Source of the DNA: an uncultured Pseudomonadota bacterium
GTDB lineage: Bacteria > Myxococcota_A > Polyangia > Fen-1088
Direction: 5' to 3'
Length of the DNA stretch: 64,000 nucleotides
Assembly: GCA_963847705.1 (NCBI GenBank)
Contig: CAWKBC010000007.1
Span: forward strand, 64,001-128,000
The first letter of the stretch is position 1. The number at the start of each line of letters is the position of its first letter. Below are positions 1-12,485 of this stretch, in pieces. The translations under genes were made by a program, and so were the position numbers. The notes below the pieces were generated by a model. The model was not told the DNA's origin. It searched no databases and saw nothing but the letters and a program-made list of their open reading frames with translations.

Positions 1-2640
<2,640 letters not shown>

Positions 2641-2770
2641 GCCGCTCGGCGACGCCGTCCCCGAACGAATGAAACGGCCGGAGGCGCCACGCCGCGCAGC
2701 GGACGCGGCGCCTCCCCCCAGACGATCGCCGATCGGTGGCTGATCGCGGGCTGATCGCTCTACCCGAACG

Positions 2771-4216
2771 CTACCCGCTGGTCCCGCTGGCACCGCCAGC
2801 ACCTGTGCCGCCGGTATAGAAGTAATAGTCGGCAGAGTAGCTGACGCTGGTCTCGGTGCTGACGGTGCTCGCGCCGCAGCCGTCGCTGGGTGCCGCGCCA
2901 CCCGTGGTGTTGAGTCGTTGCACCGAGGTGACGTTCGCGAACACGCCGGCCCCACCCGTCGACGTCGCCTTCAGCAGCAACCAAGGAATCGCGTCGCTGG
3001 CGGGGGAGTTGAGCTGCGCCAGCTTCGTCCCGCCAATCATGCTCCCGTCGGTGGAGGTCCAGGTGGGCCCCACCCCGTGTGTCCCCACCTGCGCGAAGCT
3101 CGCGTCGGAGAGGATCGCGCTCGGCCCCTTCAGCACCCAGGAATAGGTGACGGCCCCGGCGTCTGCGCCGCTGCCCCCGGCCCCGCCTGCCCCGCCGCTG
3201 GCGGTGCAGGTGTAGATCTGCGTGCCGACCCCGTGGTCATGAATGGCGAGCGTGCTCCCGGAGGGAACAGCGATCGCCGCCGGGACGCTGGCGGGTGGCG
3301 TGAGCCAGGCCGCGGCGCCGCCGCCCGTGTAGAAGTAGTACTCGGCCGTGTAGGAGACGCTGGTGTCCGTCCCCGACGTCGAGGCGTCGCAGCCCGTCGC
3401 GGGCGCAGCCCCGCCGCTGGTGTTCACGCGCTGGACGTAGGTGACGTTGCTGAAGACGCCCGTGCCGGTCGTCGACGACGCCCGCAGGAGCAGCCAGGGG
3501 ATCGCGTTCGTGGCCGTCGCCGGCGCGTTGACCTGCTCCACCTTGGTCCCGTTGACGACGCTGCCGTCGCTGGAGGTCCATTCGGGACCAATGCCGTGTG
3601 TCCCGACCTGGACACTGTTGACGTCGTACAGCTTCGCATCCGGCCCCTTGAGCACCCACGAATAGGTGATGGCCCCGGCGTCCGCGCCGCTGCCCGCAGC
3701 GCCGCCTGCGCCGCCGCTCGGTGTGCAGGTGTAGATCTGCACGCCGCTCCCGTGATCGTGGATGGCCAGCGTCGCGCCGAGCGGCACCGCCAGCGCCGGC
3801 GGAACGACCGGGAGTGTCAGCCACGCCGTACCCCCGACGCCACCCCCGCCCGCTCCGCCGGTCGCCCCACCTGTTCCGCCTGTCGCTCCGCCCGCGCCGC
3901 CCGTCGCCCCGCCCGCTCCGCCGGTCGCCCCACCCGCTCCGCCCGTCGCGCCACCTGCTCCGCCGGTCGCCCCACCTGCTCCGCCGGTCGCCCCACCTGC
4001 TCCGCCCGTCGCGCCACCTGCACCGCCGGTCGCGCCGCCCGTTCCGCTGCCGCCCGTCGCCGAGCCTCCGCTCCCTCCGGTCGCCTTCCCGCCCGCTCCT
4101 GAGCCGGCCACCCCGCCGCTGCCACCCGTCGCCATTCCGCCACCGCCCGATCCGCAGCCCGCCGCGAACAACAACGTTGCCGCCATTCCACCTATGGTCG
4201 TCTTTCTGAGTTTCAT
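2771..4216 (-). CDS. Lipoprotein with Gly-rich linker and two tandem DUF3455-like domains
   Basis: MKLRK... signal with lipobox FAAGC, a GGATGGA linker, then two copies of GxGxQIYTC...W...GP.A.L...GTH..GP.W...DGS...AIPWLLL...VQR.NT.GG.AP...C...Y.A.YYFY. GGAGG lies upstream of ATG 4216. Confidence 0.85.
   Translation of the reverse strand: MKLRKTTIGGMAATLLFAAGCGSGGGGMATGGSGGVAGSGAGGKATGGSGGSATGGSGTGGATGGAGGATGGAGGATGGAGGATGGAGGATGGAGGATGGAGGATGGAGGATGGTGGATGGAGGGGVGGTAWLTLPVVPPALAVPLGATLAIHDHGSGVQIYTCTPSGGAGGAAGSGADAGAITYSWVLKGPDAKLYDVNSVQVGTHGIGPEWTSSDGSVVNGTKVEQVNAPATATNAIPWLLLRASSTTGTGVFSNVTYVQRVNTSGGAAPATGCDASTSGTDTSVSYTAEYYFYTGGGAAAWLTPPASVPAAIAVPSGSTLAIHDHGVGTQIYTCTASGGAGGAGGSGADAGAVTYSWVLKGPSAILSDASFAQVGTHGVGPTWTSTDGSMIGGTKLAQLNSPASDAIPWLLLKATSTGGAGVFANVTSVQRLNTTGGAAPSDGCGASTVSTETSVSYSADYYFYTGGTGAGGASGTSG
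3850..4045 (-). repeat. 21-bp coding tandem repeat (GGATGGA)n in the lipoprotein linker
   Basis: Repeated ccgccggtcgccccacctgct-type units, about 9 copies; boundaries approximate. Confidence 0.85.
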
Positions 4217-4245
4217 CTCTTCACGCCTCCTCGCGTTGCGAGGGA

Positions 4246-4270
4246 TACGGCGCAAAGGTCAGCGAGTTTC
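4246..4270 (-). promoter_or_regulatory. Candidate ECF-type promoter of the DUF3455 lipoprotein gene
   Basis: Minus strand reads GAAAC-N16-CGTA, about 30 nt upstream of ATG 4216. Confidence 0.4.
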
Positions 4271-4459
4271 TGCCTCGGATCCGGTTTTTTCGGCGCAATC
4301 CGAACCGAATGGCCTTCAGCCGCGGAGCTGCTTGCGCAACGCCTCGGTGATTCGTGGACCTCAAACGGATCAGCGGGCTGAATTTCTCCTGCGCGTGCAT
4401 CCTCTGCCGGGACGATCGCAAGCGCCTCGGAGGGCAGCTCCAGCTCGCGATCCAGAGGT

Positions 4460-5326
4460 CTACATATCTTCCAGCGTCTTCAGCATCTCCGGCACGAAGT
4501 GCTGCCGGATCTCGATCAACGACGGCTCCTCGACGGGCGGAATGATCCGGATGGTCTCTCCGTCGGGACCGAGGACGCTGCCCTCGACGAGATCCTCACC
4601 GAAGACCATCCGCTGGGGGGGAGGCGCGACGTCCGTCGAGGGCGACGGGGAGACGACGATCTTGGGCACCGGCGTCCGCGGGGGCGCCCCGGCCGGGGCG
4701 CGCGACGCCGCGGCCATCACCCGCGTTCGGGCAAAGTGACGCCCGGCCCGGGGCGCAGCCATCGAGATCTCGGTGAGCGACAGCGTCCGCGCCGGCGTCA
4801 TCCCTGGCACGGCGGCCGCCACGAACACCAGCCCGAGCGCGCTCATCTGCACCCCCGGAAAGACGAAGATCGCGCGCAGCGCCCCCAGCCGCGCGCGCAA
4901 GGTGGCCAGGGCGCGATGAACCCGCGTGCGGGCGGTGATGGCCGGCGCACCAACCCGCAACGCCACCTCCTCGTACGGCAGCTCCGCATGAAACCGCGCC
5001 AGCGCCGCCCGCCGCTGCGCCCGCGGCAAGGCCGCCAGCGCCCGCCGCACCAACCCCCGCCGCTCGCGGCCGAGCAACGCCGACTCCGGATCGATCGGCG
5101 ACGATGGCAGGTCGATCTCGCTCGCCAACTCGTCGCGCCGCCGCTGAACGCGCCAGCGATCGATCGCTGCGTTCCGCCCCACCCGCTCCATCCAGGCCCC
5201 CGGATTCTCCGCCACCGCGCCCCGTTCCAGGGCCGCCACCATCAGGTCCTGTGCCAGATCGTCGCCGTCGCCCCGCCCATGGCGACCCGCAATCTCACGC
5301 GCCTCGCTCCAGAGCTTCCGGTTCAT
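4460..5326 (-). CDS. ECF sigma factor with C-terminal hydrophobic segment, Pro-rich linker and CglF/GltF-like tail
   Basis: Sigma2 (DDLAQD...AWMERVGRNAAIDRWR) and sigma4 (LPRAQRRA...YEEVA...TARTRVHRA) motifs. GGAGGTG RBS precedes ATG 5326 (alternative start 5332). Confidence 0.85.
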   Translation of the reverse strand: MNRKLWSEAREIAGRHGRGDGDDLAQDLMVAALERGAVAENPGAWMERVGRNAAIDRWRVQRRRDELASEIDLPSSPIDPESALLGRERRGLVRRALAALPRAQRRAALARFHAELPYEEVALRVGAPAITARTRVHRALATLRARLGALRAIFVFPGVQMSALGLVFVAAAVPGMTPARTLSLTEISMAAPRAGRHFARTRVMAAASRAPAGAPPRTPVPKIVVSPSPSTDVAPPPQRMVFGEDLVEGSVLGPDGETIRIIPPVEEPSLIEIRQHFVPEMLKTLEDM

Positions 5327-5348
5327 GCTCATCACCTCCAGCAGGATC

Positions 5349-5373
5349 GACGAGCCACCCGACCAACCGTTCC
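5349..5373 (-). promoter_or_regulatory. Candidate autoregulatory ECF promoter
   Basis: Minus strand reads GGAAC-N16-CGTC just upstream of the RBS of the ECF gene. Confidence 0.5.
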
Positions 5374-5409
5374 CTCGAATCGTACATCGGTCGAGCTCGG
5401 CGAAAACCA

Positions 5410-5441
5410 TTGACATAGTGACATAGATAGCTATATCACTA
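5410..5441 (+). promoter_or_regulatory. TTGACA -35 box overlapped by a YtrA/GntR-type inverted-repeat operator
   Basis: TTGACA at 5410-5415, then TAGTGACATAG-atag-CTATATCACTA (11-bp arms, one mismatch) ending 6 nt before the GntR start. Confidence 0.75.
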
Positions 5442-5447
5442 GGTCTC

Positions 5448-5864
5448 GTGTTCCTGTCTGTCGACCCAGGCTCCGGCTTCCCCGTTTACCGCCAGATCAT
5501 GGACCAGGTGCGTCGCATGATCGTCGCTGGACGACTGACGCCGGGGGAGAAGCTCCCGTCGATCAGGGAGCTCGCGGCCACGCTGCAGCTCAACCCGCTC
5601 ACGGTCGGAAAGGCCTACACCGAGCTCGAGCGCGGCGGGGTCATCGAGATGCGGCGCGGCCTCGGGATGTATGTCCGCCCGCCCGACGCGCGCGCCGCGA
5701 CCGATGCAGATGACGCACCGGCCACCGTCACGGGCGGCGCACAGCGCTTCGTGCTGGAAGCAGCGCAGGCGGGTCTCAGTCGCGCGGAAGCCCTGAAGGT
5801 CGTCGACGACGCCTGGCAGGAGCTGGTGATTGGTCCCGTGAAGAGCGTTCGGAGGCAACGATGA
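5448..5864 (+). CDS. GntR family (YtrA subfamily) transcriptional regulator
   Basis: PVYRQI...LTPGEKLPSIRELA...LNPLTVGKAYTELE; short C-terminus; leads an ABC operon. Confidence 0.92.
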   Translation: MFLSVDPGSGFPVYRQIMDQVRRMIVAGRLTPGEKLPSIRELAATLQLNPLTVGKAYTELERGGVIEMRRGLGMYVRPPDARAATDADDAPATVTGGAQRFVLEAAQAGLSRAEALKVVDDAWQELVIGPVKSVRRQR

Positions 5865-6769
5865 CCGACGTCAGCGCCGCATTTACCAATGTCACCAAGA
5901 GTTTTCGGGGCACGGAAGCGATCCGGGGCCTGACCTTGTCCGTTCCGAAGGGCAGCGTGTTTGGCTTGCTGGGACGAAACGGCGCCGGGAAATCGACGGC
6001 GCTGCGCTGCCTCGTCGGCCTCGAGCGACTGGACGACGGCGAGATCAGGGTTCTCGATCGCGATCCGTTGAAGCTCGACGTTTCGATGCGTCGACGCATC
6101 GGCTACCTCTCGGAAGAAGGCGTGCCGTTTCCCGCCGCGACCGCCGAGCAGATGATCCGACTCTGCGCGCCTCTCTATCCGACCTGGAGCCGTACCCTTG
6201 AGGAGCAGGTGCTTTCGCGGTTCCAGATCGACCCTCGACGCAAGCTTCGGGATCTCTCGCTCGGGCAGCGGCGCGCGGTGGCGCTGCTGCTGGCCGTCTG
6301 TCCGCAACCGGAGCTCTTGATCCTCGATGAGCCCGCGGCCAACCTCGACGCCGTCGTGCGGCGCGAGTTTCTCGAGACGGTCCTCACGCTGGCCGGTGAC
6401 GCCGAGCGCACCGTGATCTTCTCCAGTCACATCTTGAGCGACGTGGAGCGGATCGCCGACCGCGTGGCGATCCTCCACCGAGGACGATTGCTCCTCGAAC
6501 GGCCGCTCGACGAGCTGAAAGAGCAGGTCCGCCGGCTGCGCCTGCTGTTCGACGGCGAGTCGCCCGAGCATCTCGACGTTCCTGGGTTGCTCGCCGTGCG
6601 ACGCGCCCGCCGCGAAATGCTATTGACCGTGATCGGCTACGACCAAGAGGCCATCGGCCGTCTGGCTGACTCTCTTGGCGCACGCGTCGAGGTCCAGGCG
6701 CTCAATCTCGAAGAGCTCTTCATCGATCTGGTCGGGGACGGAGACCGCCCCGACTGGGCGGCGGTGTGA
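5861..6769 (+). CDS. ABC transporter ATP-binding protein (YtrB-like)
   Basis: Walker A GRNGAGKST, LSLGQ signature, LDEP, SSH; ATGA overlap with the GntR gene. Confidence 0.93.
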   Translation: MTDVSAAFTNVTKSFRGTEAIRGLTLSVPKGSVFGLLGRNGAGKSTALRCLVGLERLDDGEIRVLDRDPLKLDVSMRRRIGYLSEEGVPFPAATAEQMIRLCAPLYPTWSRTLEEQVLSRFQIDPRRKLRDLSLGQRRAVALLLAVCPQPELLILDEPAANLDAVVRREFLETVLTLAGDAERTVIFSSHILSDVERIADRVAILHRGRLLLERPLDELKEQVRRLRLLFDGESPEHLDVPGLLAVRRARREMLLTVIGYDQEAIGRLADSLGARVEVQALNLEELFIDLVGDGDRPDWAAV

Positions 6770-8199
6770 AGATGACGGCGGTGGAAACCCATCGGCGCGA
6801 CCGATTGAGTTTGTGGGAGACCATCCTCATGTTCCGCGCGGCGGGCGGCACCGCCGAAGCGATGGCACCCGTGGTCCTCCTGGTCGTGTTCGTGGTCGCC
6901 GCTGCCCTCGGTGCGATGATTCTGGCGCGGCACCAATCGCCGTCGGATCGCTTCTTCGTCCTGGCCGGGGTCTTGATCCCAATCTCGGCGATGCTCATGG
7001 TCCTGTTCGAGGTTCGTCGGATCGGCCCCCTGGCGTTCTTGCGAACCCTTCCCCAGCCACATGCGCCTCGATCGCTGCTGTTGCTGCCGGGGTGTGGACT
7101 GGGCCTCCTCGCCGCCCTCGCGTCGTTGTCGGTGCTGTCGGTTCTGGCCGCGGTGGCGCTCTTCGGTTGCTGGTGTTGGGCGACGGCGATCGGGCACCGG
7201 TTCGCCGGACGCTCCGGCTGGCTTCTGTTGTTCGTCGCCGTGCCGCTGGCGTACCTGGCTCTTTTGGTGGCGGCTTGGTCCTTTGCGGCAGGCGGCTTGA
7301 CGGCGGTGGCTGCCGTGTCGGCGGCGCTCGGCCTAGCGGGCTGCCTCGCTTCGCCGCGCGATCGCTTCCTCGCACTCGTGGCGACGGGATCCAAGCGACG
7401 GCCCGATGGCGCGCAGGTTGGAAGCGACGCGCTCGATCTCACGGTTCGCCAGGATCGCGGCGCGGGGCGGCGCTCGGCGGCCGGTCGCATCTTTCGGGTG
7501 GCTCTCCGCGCCAACCCTCGAGGCGCGAGCGGCATCTTGTGGTTCGCGCTGGCGATTGGCGGCGCCTGCTTCCTGCTGCTGACGATCGCGAGCCCCCTCA
7601 AACCCCTCACGGCCAGCCTGGTCTTTCAGATGACCCTCGCGAACTCGCTGGCGGCCTCCAACTCTCGAGGGGCACGCGAATTCCTCTCGACCAGACCAAT
7701 TCGTCGCCGGCTGCTGCTCCGCGCGGCAGTTCTGCCCTGGGTGCTGCTCGGTCTCCTTTTCCCGGCAGTCGCGCTGGTCAGCGCGGCGACGCGCACCACC
7801 GTGGCGCGCGACGACCTGTCGTCGCTTTCGTATCTCCGCGACCCCATCAAGCCGTCGCGCCCCTCCTCGTTCGGCGAGCATCAGCCCCGGCTTCCGGGGC
7901 GGCTGCTGGTCTCCCCTGCGATCCGTTCTGCGCTGGTCGGGCGCGTCCTCGGATCCGGCGTGCTGCAACTGGCGTGGTTTCTCTCTTTCGCCGCCTTCGG
8001 CATCACCAACGAGCGCCGGCGATGGAGCCACACGCGCTGGACGAGTCTCGCGCTCTTCCTGGTCGCAGGTGCTCTGATGACGCCCATGTTCGTCCCTTGG
8101 CTCAGGCTCCCTTGGGGGCCGCCGCCCATCTGGGTAGCCGGTCTGCTCGCCGCGGCGGGCGCCTACGTCCTCCAAAGGCGCCTGGCGGTCCCTGGTTGA
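6766..8199 (+). CDS. Polytopic membrane protein, probable ABC permease
   Basis: About 11-12 hydrophobic segments, EFLSTRPI motif, GTGA coupling to the ATPase gene. Confidence 0.7.
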   Translation: MKMTAVETHRRDRLSLWETILMFRAAGGTAEAMAPVVLLVVFVVAAALGAMILARHQSPSDRFFVLAGVLIPISAMLMVLFEVRRIGPLAFLRTLPQPHAPRSLLLLPGCGLGLLAALASLSVLSVLAAVALFGCWCWATAIGHRFAGRSGWLLLFVAVPLAYLALLVAAWSFAAGGLTAVAAVSAALGLAGCLASPRDRFLALVATGSKRRPDGAQVGSDALDLTVRQDRGAGRRSAAGRIFRVALRANPRGASGILWFALAIGGACFLLLTIASPLKPLTASLVFQMTLANSLAASNSRGAREFLSTRPIRRRLLLRAAVLPWVLLGLLFPAVALVSAATRTTVARDDLSSLSYLRDPIKPSRPSSFGEHQPRLPGRLLVSPAIRSALVGRVLGSGVLQLAWFLSFAAFGITNERRRWSHTRWTSLALFLVAGALMTPMFVPWLRLPWGPPPIWVAGLLAAAGAYVLQRRLAVPG

Positions 8200-8286
8200 C
8201 GACCCAATCCCCGACCGCGGACACCACCTGGCGCTCGCCGCGGAGGGGAACTACCCCCTCCGCGCGCGCAAGGTAACGCTTCTCGC

Positions 8287-8705
<419 letters not shown>

Positions 8706-8751
8706 GCGAGAAGCGCGAAGACTATACCGCGTTCAGCCGGCCAACGGGCGT

Positions 8752-9507
8752 TCAGCCCGCCGACGGGCGGGGCGACGAGGCGTCCTCGCCCTTGTCGTCC
8801 TTCATCAGATCTTCCCAGTAGATGATCCGATGGCAGGACGGACAGGTCTCGATCGTCTGCCCGCGCTGGATGATGATGTACAGCTGCGGCGGGATGTTCA
8901 TGTTGCATCCCTGGCAGGTGCCGTTGCGAACGCTGACCACCGCCAGCCCGCGGCGCATCCGGATGCTGGCGTAGCGCTTGAGCACGTCGGGCTTGACCTG
9001 GGCGGCCAGCTTGTCGCGCTCGGCCCGCTGCTCGGCGATCTTGGCCTCGATCTCGGCCATGCGCGCCTTGGCCGCCTCGCCGTCCTTGGCCATCGAGTCC
9101 TTCAGCGCCTGAACGTCGTTCGCCTTGTCGGCCAGCAGCTTCTTCTTGGCGTCGACCGCCTCGACCAGCTTGGCGATCTCCCCCTCGCGCGTCGTCAGCC
9201 CTTCGCGGCGCTGCTCGATCTCGCGCTGGGCGGCCATGTACTCCTTCGAGTTCTTGGCCTGGGCCAGCTTGTGCTTGGCGCCCGCGACCTGGATCTCGTC
9301 CTCGGTCAGGAGCCCCTTCTGCTCGGAGTAGTATTTCTCCGTCTCGCCCAGCGCCTGTCGCTCGGTGGCCAAGAGGCCCTCCACCCGAGCCACGTCGTTC
9401 TCGGCGGAGGCCAACTTGAGCGGGATGGCCTTGAGCGAGCTCTCCAGCTCCTGAATCTTCGCGTCGTGTGCCTGTAGCTCTTCGAGTCGCTTAAGCTGAT
9501 CGCGCAA
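8752..9507 (-). CDS. Coiled-coil protein with C4-type zinc ribbon (DUF164/CT398-like)
   Basis: Long coiled coil followed by CQGCNMNIPPQ...CPSCHRII; usual position upstream of rnpB. Confidence 0.9.
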   Translation of the reverse strand: MRDQLKRLEELQAHDAKIQELESSLKAIPLKLASAENDVARVEGLLATERQALGETEKYYSEQKGLLTEDEIQVAGAKHKLAQAKNSKEYMAAQREIEQRREGLTTREGEIAKLVEAVDAKKKLLADKANDVQALKDSMAKDGEAAKARMAEIEAKIAEQRAERDKLAAQVKPDVLKRYASIRMRRGLAVVSVRNGTCQGCNMNIPPQLYIIIQRGQTIETCPSCHRIIYWEDLMKDDKGEDASSPRPSAG

Positions 9508-9558
9508 TGCGTTCCTCCATATCGGGGACTATGACCGACGTAACCTTGGCGTCGAGAG

Positions 9559-9631
9559 TGGGCCCACCTGGATTCGAACCAGGGACCAGGCGGTTATGAG
9601 CCGCCAGCTCTGACCGCTGAGCTATGGGCCC
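9559..9631 (-). tRNA. tRNA-Ile2 (CAT anticodon, lysidine-modified); CCA not encoded
   Basis: GGGCCCATAGCTCAGCGGTCAGAGC-TGGCGG-CTCATAA-CCGCC-TGGTC-CCTGGTTCGAATCCAGG-TGGGCCCA cloverleaf. G1-C72 pairing and the acceptor sequence fit Ile2 rather than fMet. Confidence 0.9.
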
Positions 9632-9724
9632 AGCCTTGTACGGAAACGCCGTGTACAAAGAAGGGGGGAAATCTACACTGCCGATCCTCGACTGTCGAGG
9701 CGAAGGACCGACGGAAAGCGACGG

Positions 9725-11178
9725 TCAGGAGGCGGCCGGCCGCGCGGGGTCTCCTCGCCGGCGCCGTCGGCGGATGGCCGCCGCCCCCGCCACCAGCAAG
9801 AGACCGGCGAGGCCCGTCCCGACCGACGGCCCGCTGCCGTCCACCGCACAGAGACATCCCGAGCTGGCGGGGGCCGGCGTCCCGCCGTCGGCTGGCCCGC
9901 CGTCGACGCCCGTACAGACGGAGGTGTTCCAGATCGCTTGCGTCTCCTGGAAGTTGCAGCTGTCGAGGCAGACCTGCTGGGCGCACGGCTTGATCCCGGC
10001 GACCTGATCGTAGCTCATCACCGGCGTGACGGTCAGCCCTTCATCGGTCGAGATCGCCAGCGCCCATCCATCGCTGTAGTTCTTGCCCGACAGGTAGAGC
10101 GTCGACTGACCGGCGACCACGCGCTCGCCGAGACCGACCAGGTGGGGCTGGGGGTCGAGCGTCCAGGCTGAAAACGTCAGCGCCCCGTCGGTCGAGCGGT
10201 AGCCGGCGCCCATCGTGCCGCCGCCGCCGCCGGCGAGATTTATCAGCGCGCCCACCAGGACCGTACCGCTGGCGAGCCGCGCGAAGGCGCTCAGCGCCCC
10301 GTTTTGGATGGTCAGCGGCGTGGCGAAGGTCATCCCGCCGTCGCGGGTGACCGCCAGCGTCTCGGACCCCGTGGCGCTGGCCCGCAGGTAGACCAGATCG
10401 CTCTGGGCGCTGTCGACGGCCAGGATCCGCACGATGGTGGAGCCGAGCGAGCGGGAGCAGATCGGTGGGCGTCCAGCTCTGCCCCCCGTCGGTCGAGCGG
10501 ACCAGCACCGGGTCGTAGCCGGTGCTGGTTGCGGTCACGTAGGTCAGGTAGATGACCTGGGGATTGCTGCGCGCGATCTCGATCCCGACGATCGACGCGC
10601 CGGCGGGTGCGAGGTAAAGCGGCGTGGTGCCGAAGGTGGTGCCCCCGTCGGTCGACACGTAGACCGACGCCTGCGCCGCGCCGCCCCCGTCGGAAACGGC
10701 CGACGCCGCCGCCAGGACGTGCATCGGGTCGGAGGCGTCGGTGAAGAAGTCGGAGACCGACTCGCCGGCGAGGGCGCCGCCCGCGCTCTGCCAGCCGCAC
10801 GATTCGTCATCGGAAAAGGAGAGCCCCGTTACCGGCGAGAGCGCGTAGAACCGATTCGGCCGGCGGCGCGCCGACGGTATAGACGTTGGCCATCGAGGTG
10901 GCGGTCTGCTCGCAGGTCCAGACCCAGCTCTGGCCGCCGTCGTCCGACAAGATGAGGCCGAACGTCGTGGCGAGGCCAATCTCCTGCGGCTTGTCGACCG
11001 GCAGCAGGACCCCCAGCGATCCAGGAATGCCGTTGTTCGCGCGCGCGACGCCCCAGCCGAGGAGCGACGCCCCGGGCGCCCCGAACGAGGCGACGATCCC
11101 GGCGACGATCAAGCCAACGCCGAGGCGCAGCCGGCGGGCCCCCCGCGGAAAAGCGCGCTTTACTGGCGAGGCGCGCAT
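9725..11178 (-). pseudogene. Secreted BNR/Asp-box beta-propeller protein with MYXO-CTERM-like tail, interrupted by two +1 frameshifts (near 10858 and 10450)
   Basis: Three consecutive ORFs in successive frames join into one protein: signal peptide, repeated SxDGGxTW/F Asp-boxes, and a C-terminal SSGCLCAV...TM...RRRRRR. Confidence 0.75.
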
Positions 11179-11192
11179 CGATTCGTGCCATT

Positions 11193-12485
11193 ATGCCCGC
11201 GCTCGTCCCCGCGCCGATGCTCAAAATCGAGTTCGAAACGTACGCACTGGCCAACGGGCTACGGGTGATCCTCCACACGGATCGATCGAGCCCGCTCGTG
11301 GCCGTCGATCTCTGGTACCACGTCGGCTCCAAGGATGAGGTGCCCGGACGGACCGGCTTCGCGCACCTGTTCGAGCACCTGATGTTCATGGGGTCGCGCC
11401 ACGCCCCCTACCCGGCGTTCGACGCGATCATGGAGAGCTGGGGCGGACACAACAACGGCACCACCAGCAACGACCGCACGAACTACTACGAGATCGGGCC
11501 GCGCAACCTGCTGGAGACGTTCCTCTGGCTGGAGGCCGATCGCCTGGCCACGCTACCCGACGTGATCACCGCCGAGGAGCTGGAGAAGCAGCTCAAGGTG
11601 GTTCAGAACGAGCGGCGGCAATCCTACGAGAACCGCCCCTACGGACGCGCCGAGCTGGCCATTCCCGAGGCGATGTACCCGGCCGACCACCCCTACCACT
11701 GGCCGACCATCGGTTCGCACGAAGATCTGGAGGCGGCCACCGTCGACGACGTGCGGGCCTTCTTCGATCGGTTCTACCGCCCGTCGAACGCCAGTCTGGT
11801 GGTCGCGGGCGACTTCGATCCGGCTCAGGCGCGCGCGCTCATCGACCGTTACTTCGGCTGGCAGCCGAAGCGCGAGCCGGCCCAGCGCGCGCCGCACCCC
11901 GCGGCGCCCCGCCTGGCGGCCGACGTCGAGATCACGCTGACCGATCGGGTGCAGCTGCCGCGGCTGAGGCTGGCCTGGCACACGCCGGCGCTGTTCGCTC
12001 CGGGCGACGCCGACCTCGATCTGGCGGCGCACGTCCTGGGCGGCGGCAAGTCGAGCCGACTCTACCGCGCGCTGGTGTTCGAACGGCGCATCGCGCAGGA
12101 CGTCTTCGCCTACCAGGGGTCGCAGATGCTGGGCAGCGTCTTCCACATCGGCGCCACGGCCAAACCGGATCACGATCTCACCGAGATCGGCGCGGCGGTC
12201 GACGCCGAGATCGCGCGTCTCGCCTCCGACGGACCGACCGAGGCCGAGCTGGCGCGCGCCCGCAACACCCACCTGGCCGACTTCTACAAGGGGCTCGATC
12301 ACCTGCAGACGCGGGCCGATCTGCTGAACCACTACCAGAATTTGTTCGGCGATCCGGACGGTGTGGGACGCGACGTCGCCCGCTACGCCGACGCGACCTG
12401 CGCCTCGGTGCGCGACGCCTTCGCGCGCGCGCTGGCGGGAAAGCGGCTGGCGCTGCAGACGCTCCCCGACCCGGTGACGGCGTGA
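11193..12485 (+). CDS. M16 (pitrilysin-family) zinc peptidase, catalytic subunit
   Basis: LANGLRV...GSKDE...GFAHLFEHLMF (HxxEH); alternative start at 11217. Confidence 0.93.
   Translation: MPALVPAPMLKIEFETYALANGLRVILHTDRSSPLVAVDLWYHVGSKDEVPGRTGFAHLFEHLMFMGSRHAPYPAFDAIMESWGGHNNGTTSNDRTNYYEIGPRNLLETFLWLEADRLATLPDVITAEELEKQLKVVQNERRQSYENRPYGRAELAIPEAMYPADHPYHWPTIGSHEDLEAATVDDVRAFFDRFYRPSNASLVVAGDFDPAQARALIDRYFGWQPKREPAQRAPHPAAPRLAADVEITLTDRVQLPRLRLAWHTPALFAPGDADLDLAAHVLGGGKSSRLYRALVFERRIAQDVFAYQGSQMLGSVFHIGATAKPDHDLTEIGAAVDAEIARLASDGPTEAELARARNTHLADFYKGLDHLQTRADLLNHYQNLFGDPDGVGRDVARYADATCASVRDAFARALAGKRLALQTLPDPVTA

Noticed and set aside
9559-9631. tRNA-Met/fMet call, or an integration site
   Set aside because: Paired G1-C72 and no GGG/CCC anticodon stem argue against fMet, and the acceptor sequence favours Ile2 over elongator Met. 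No integrase or duplicated tRNA 3' end was seen.
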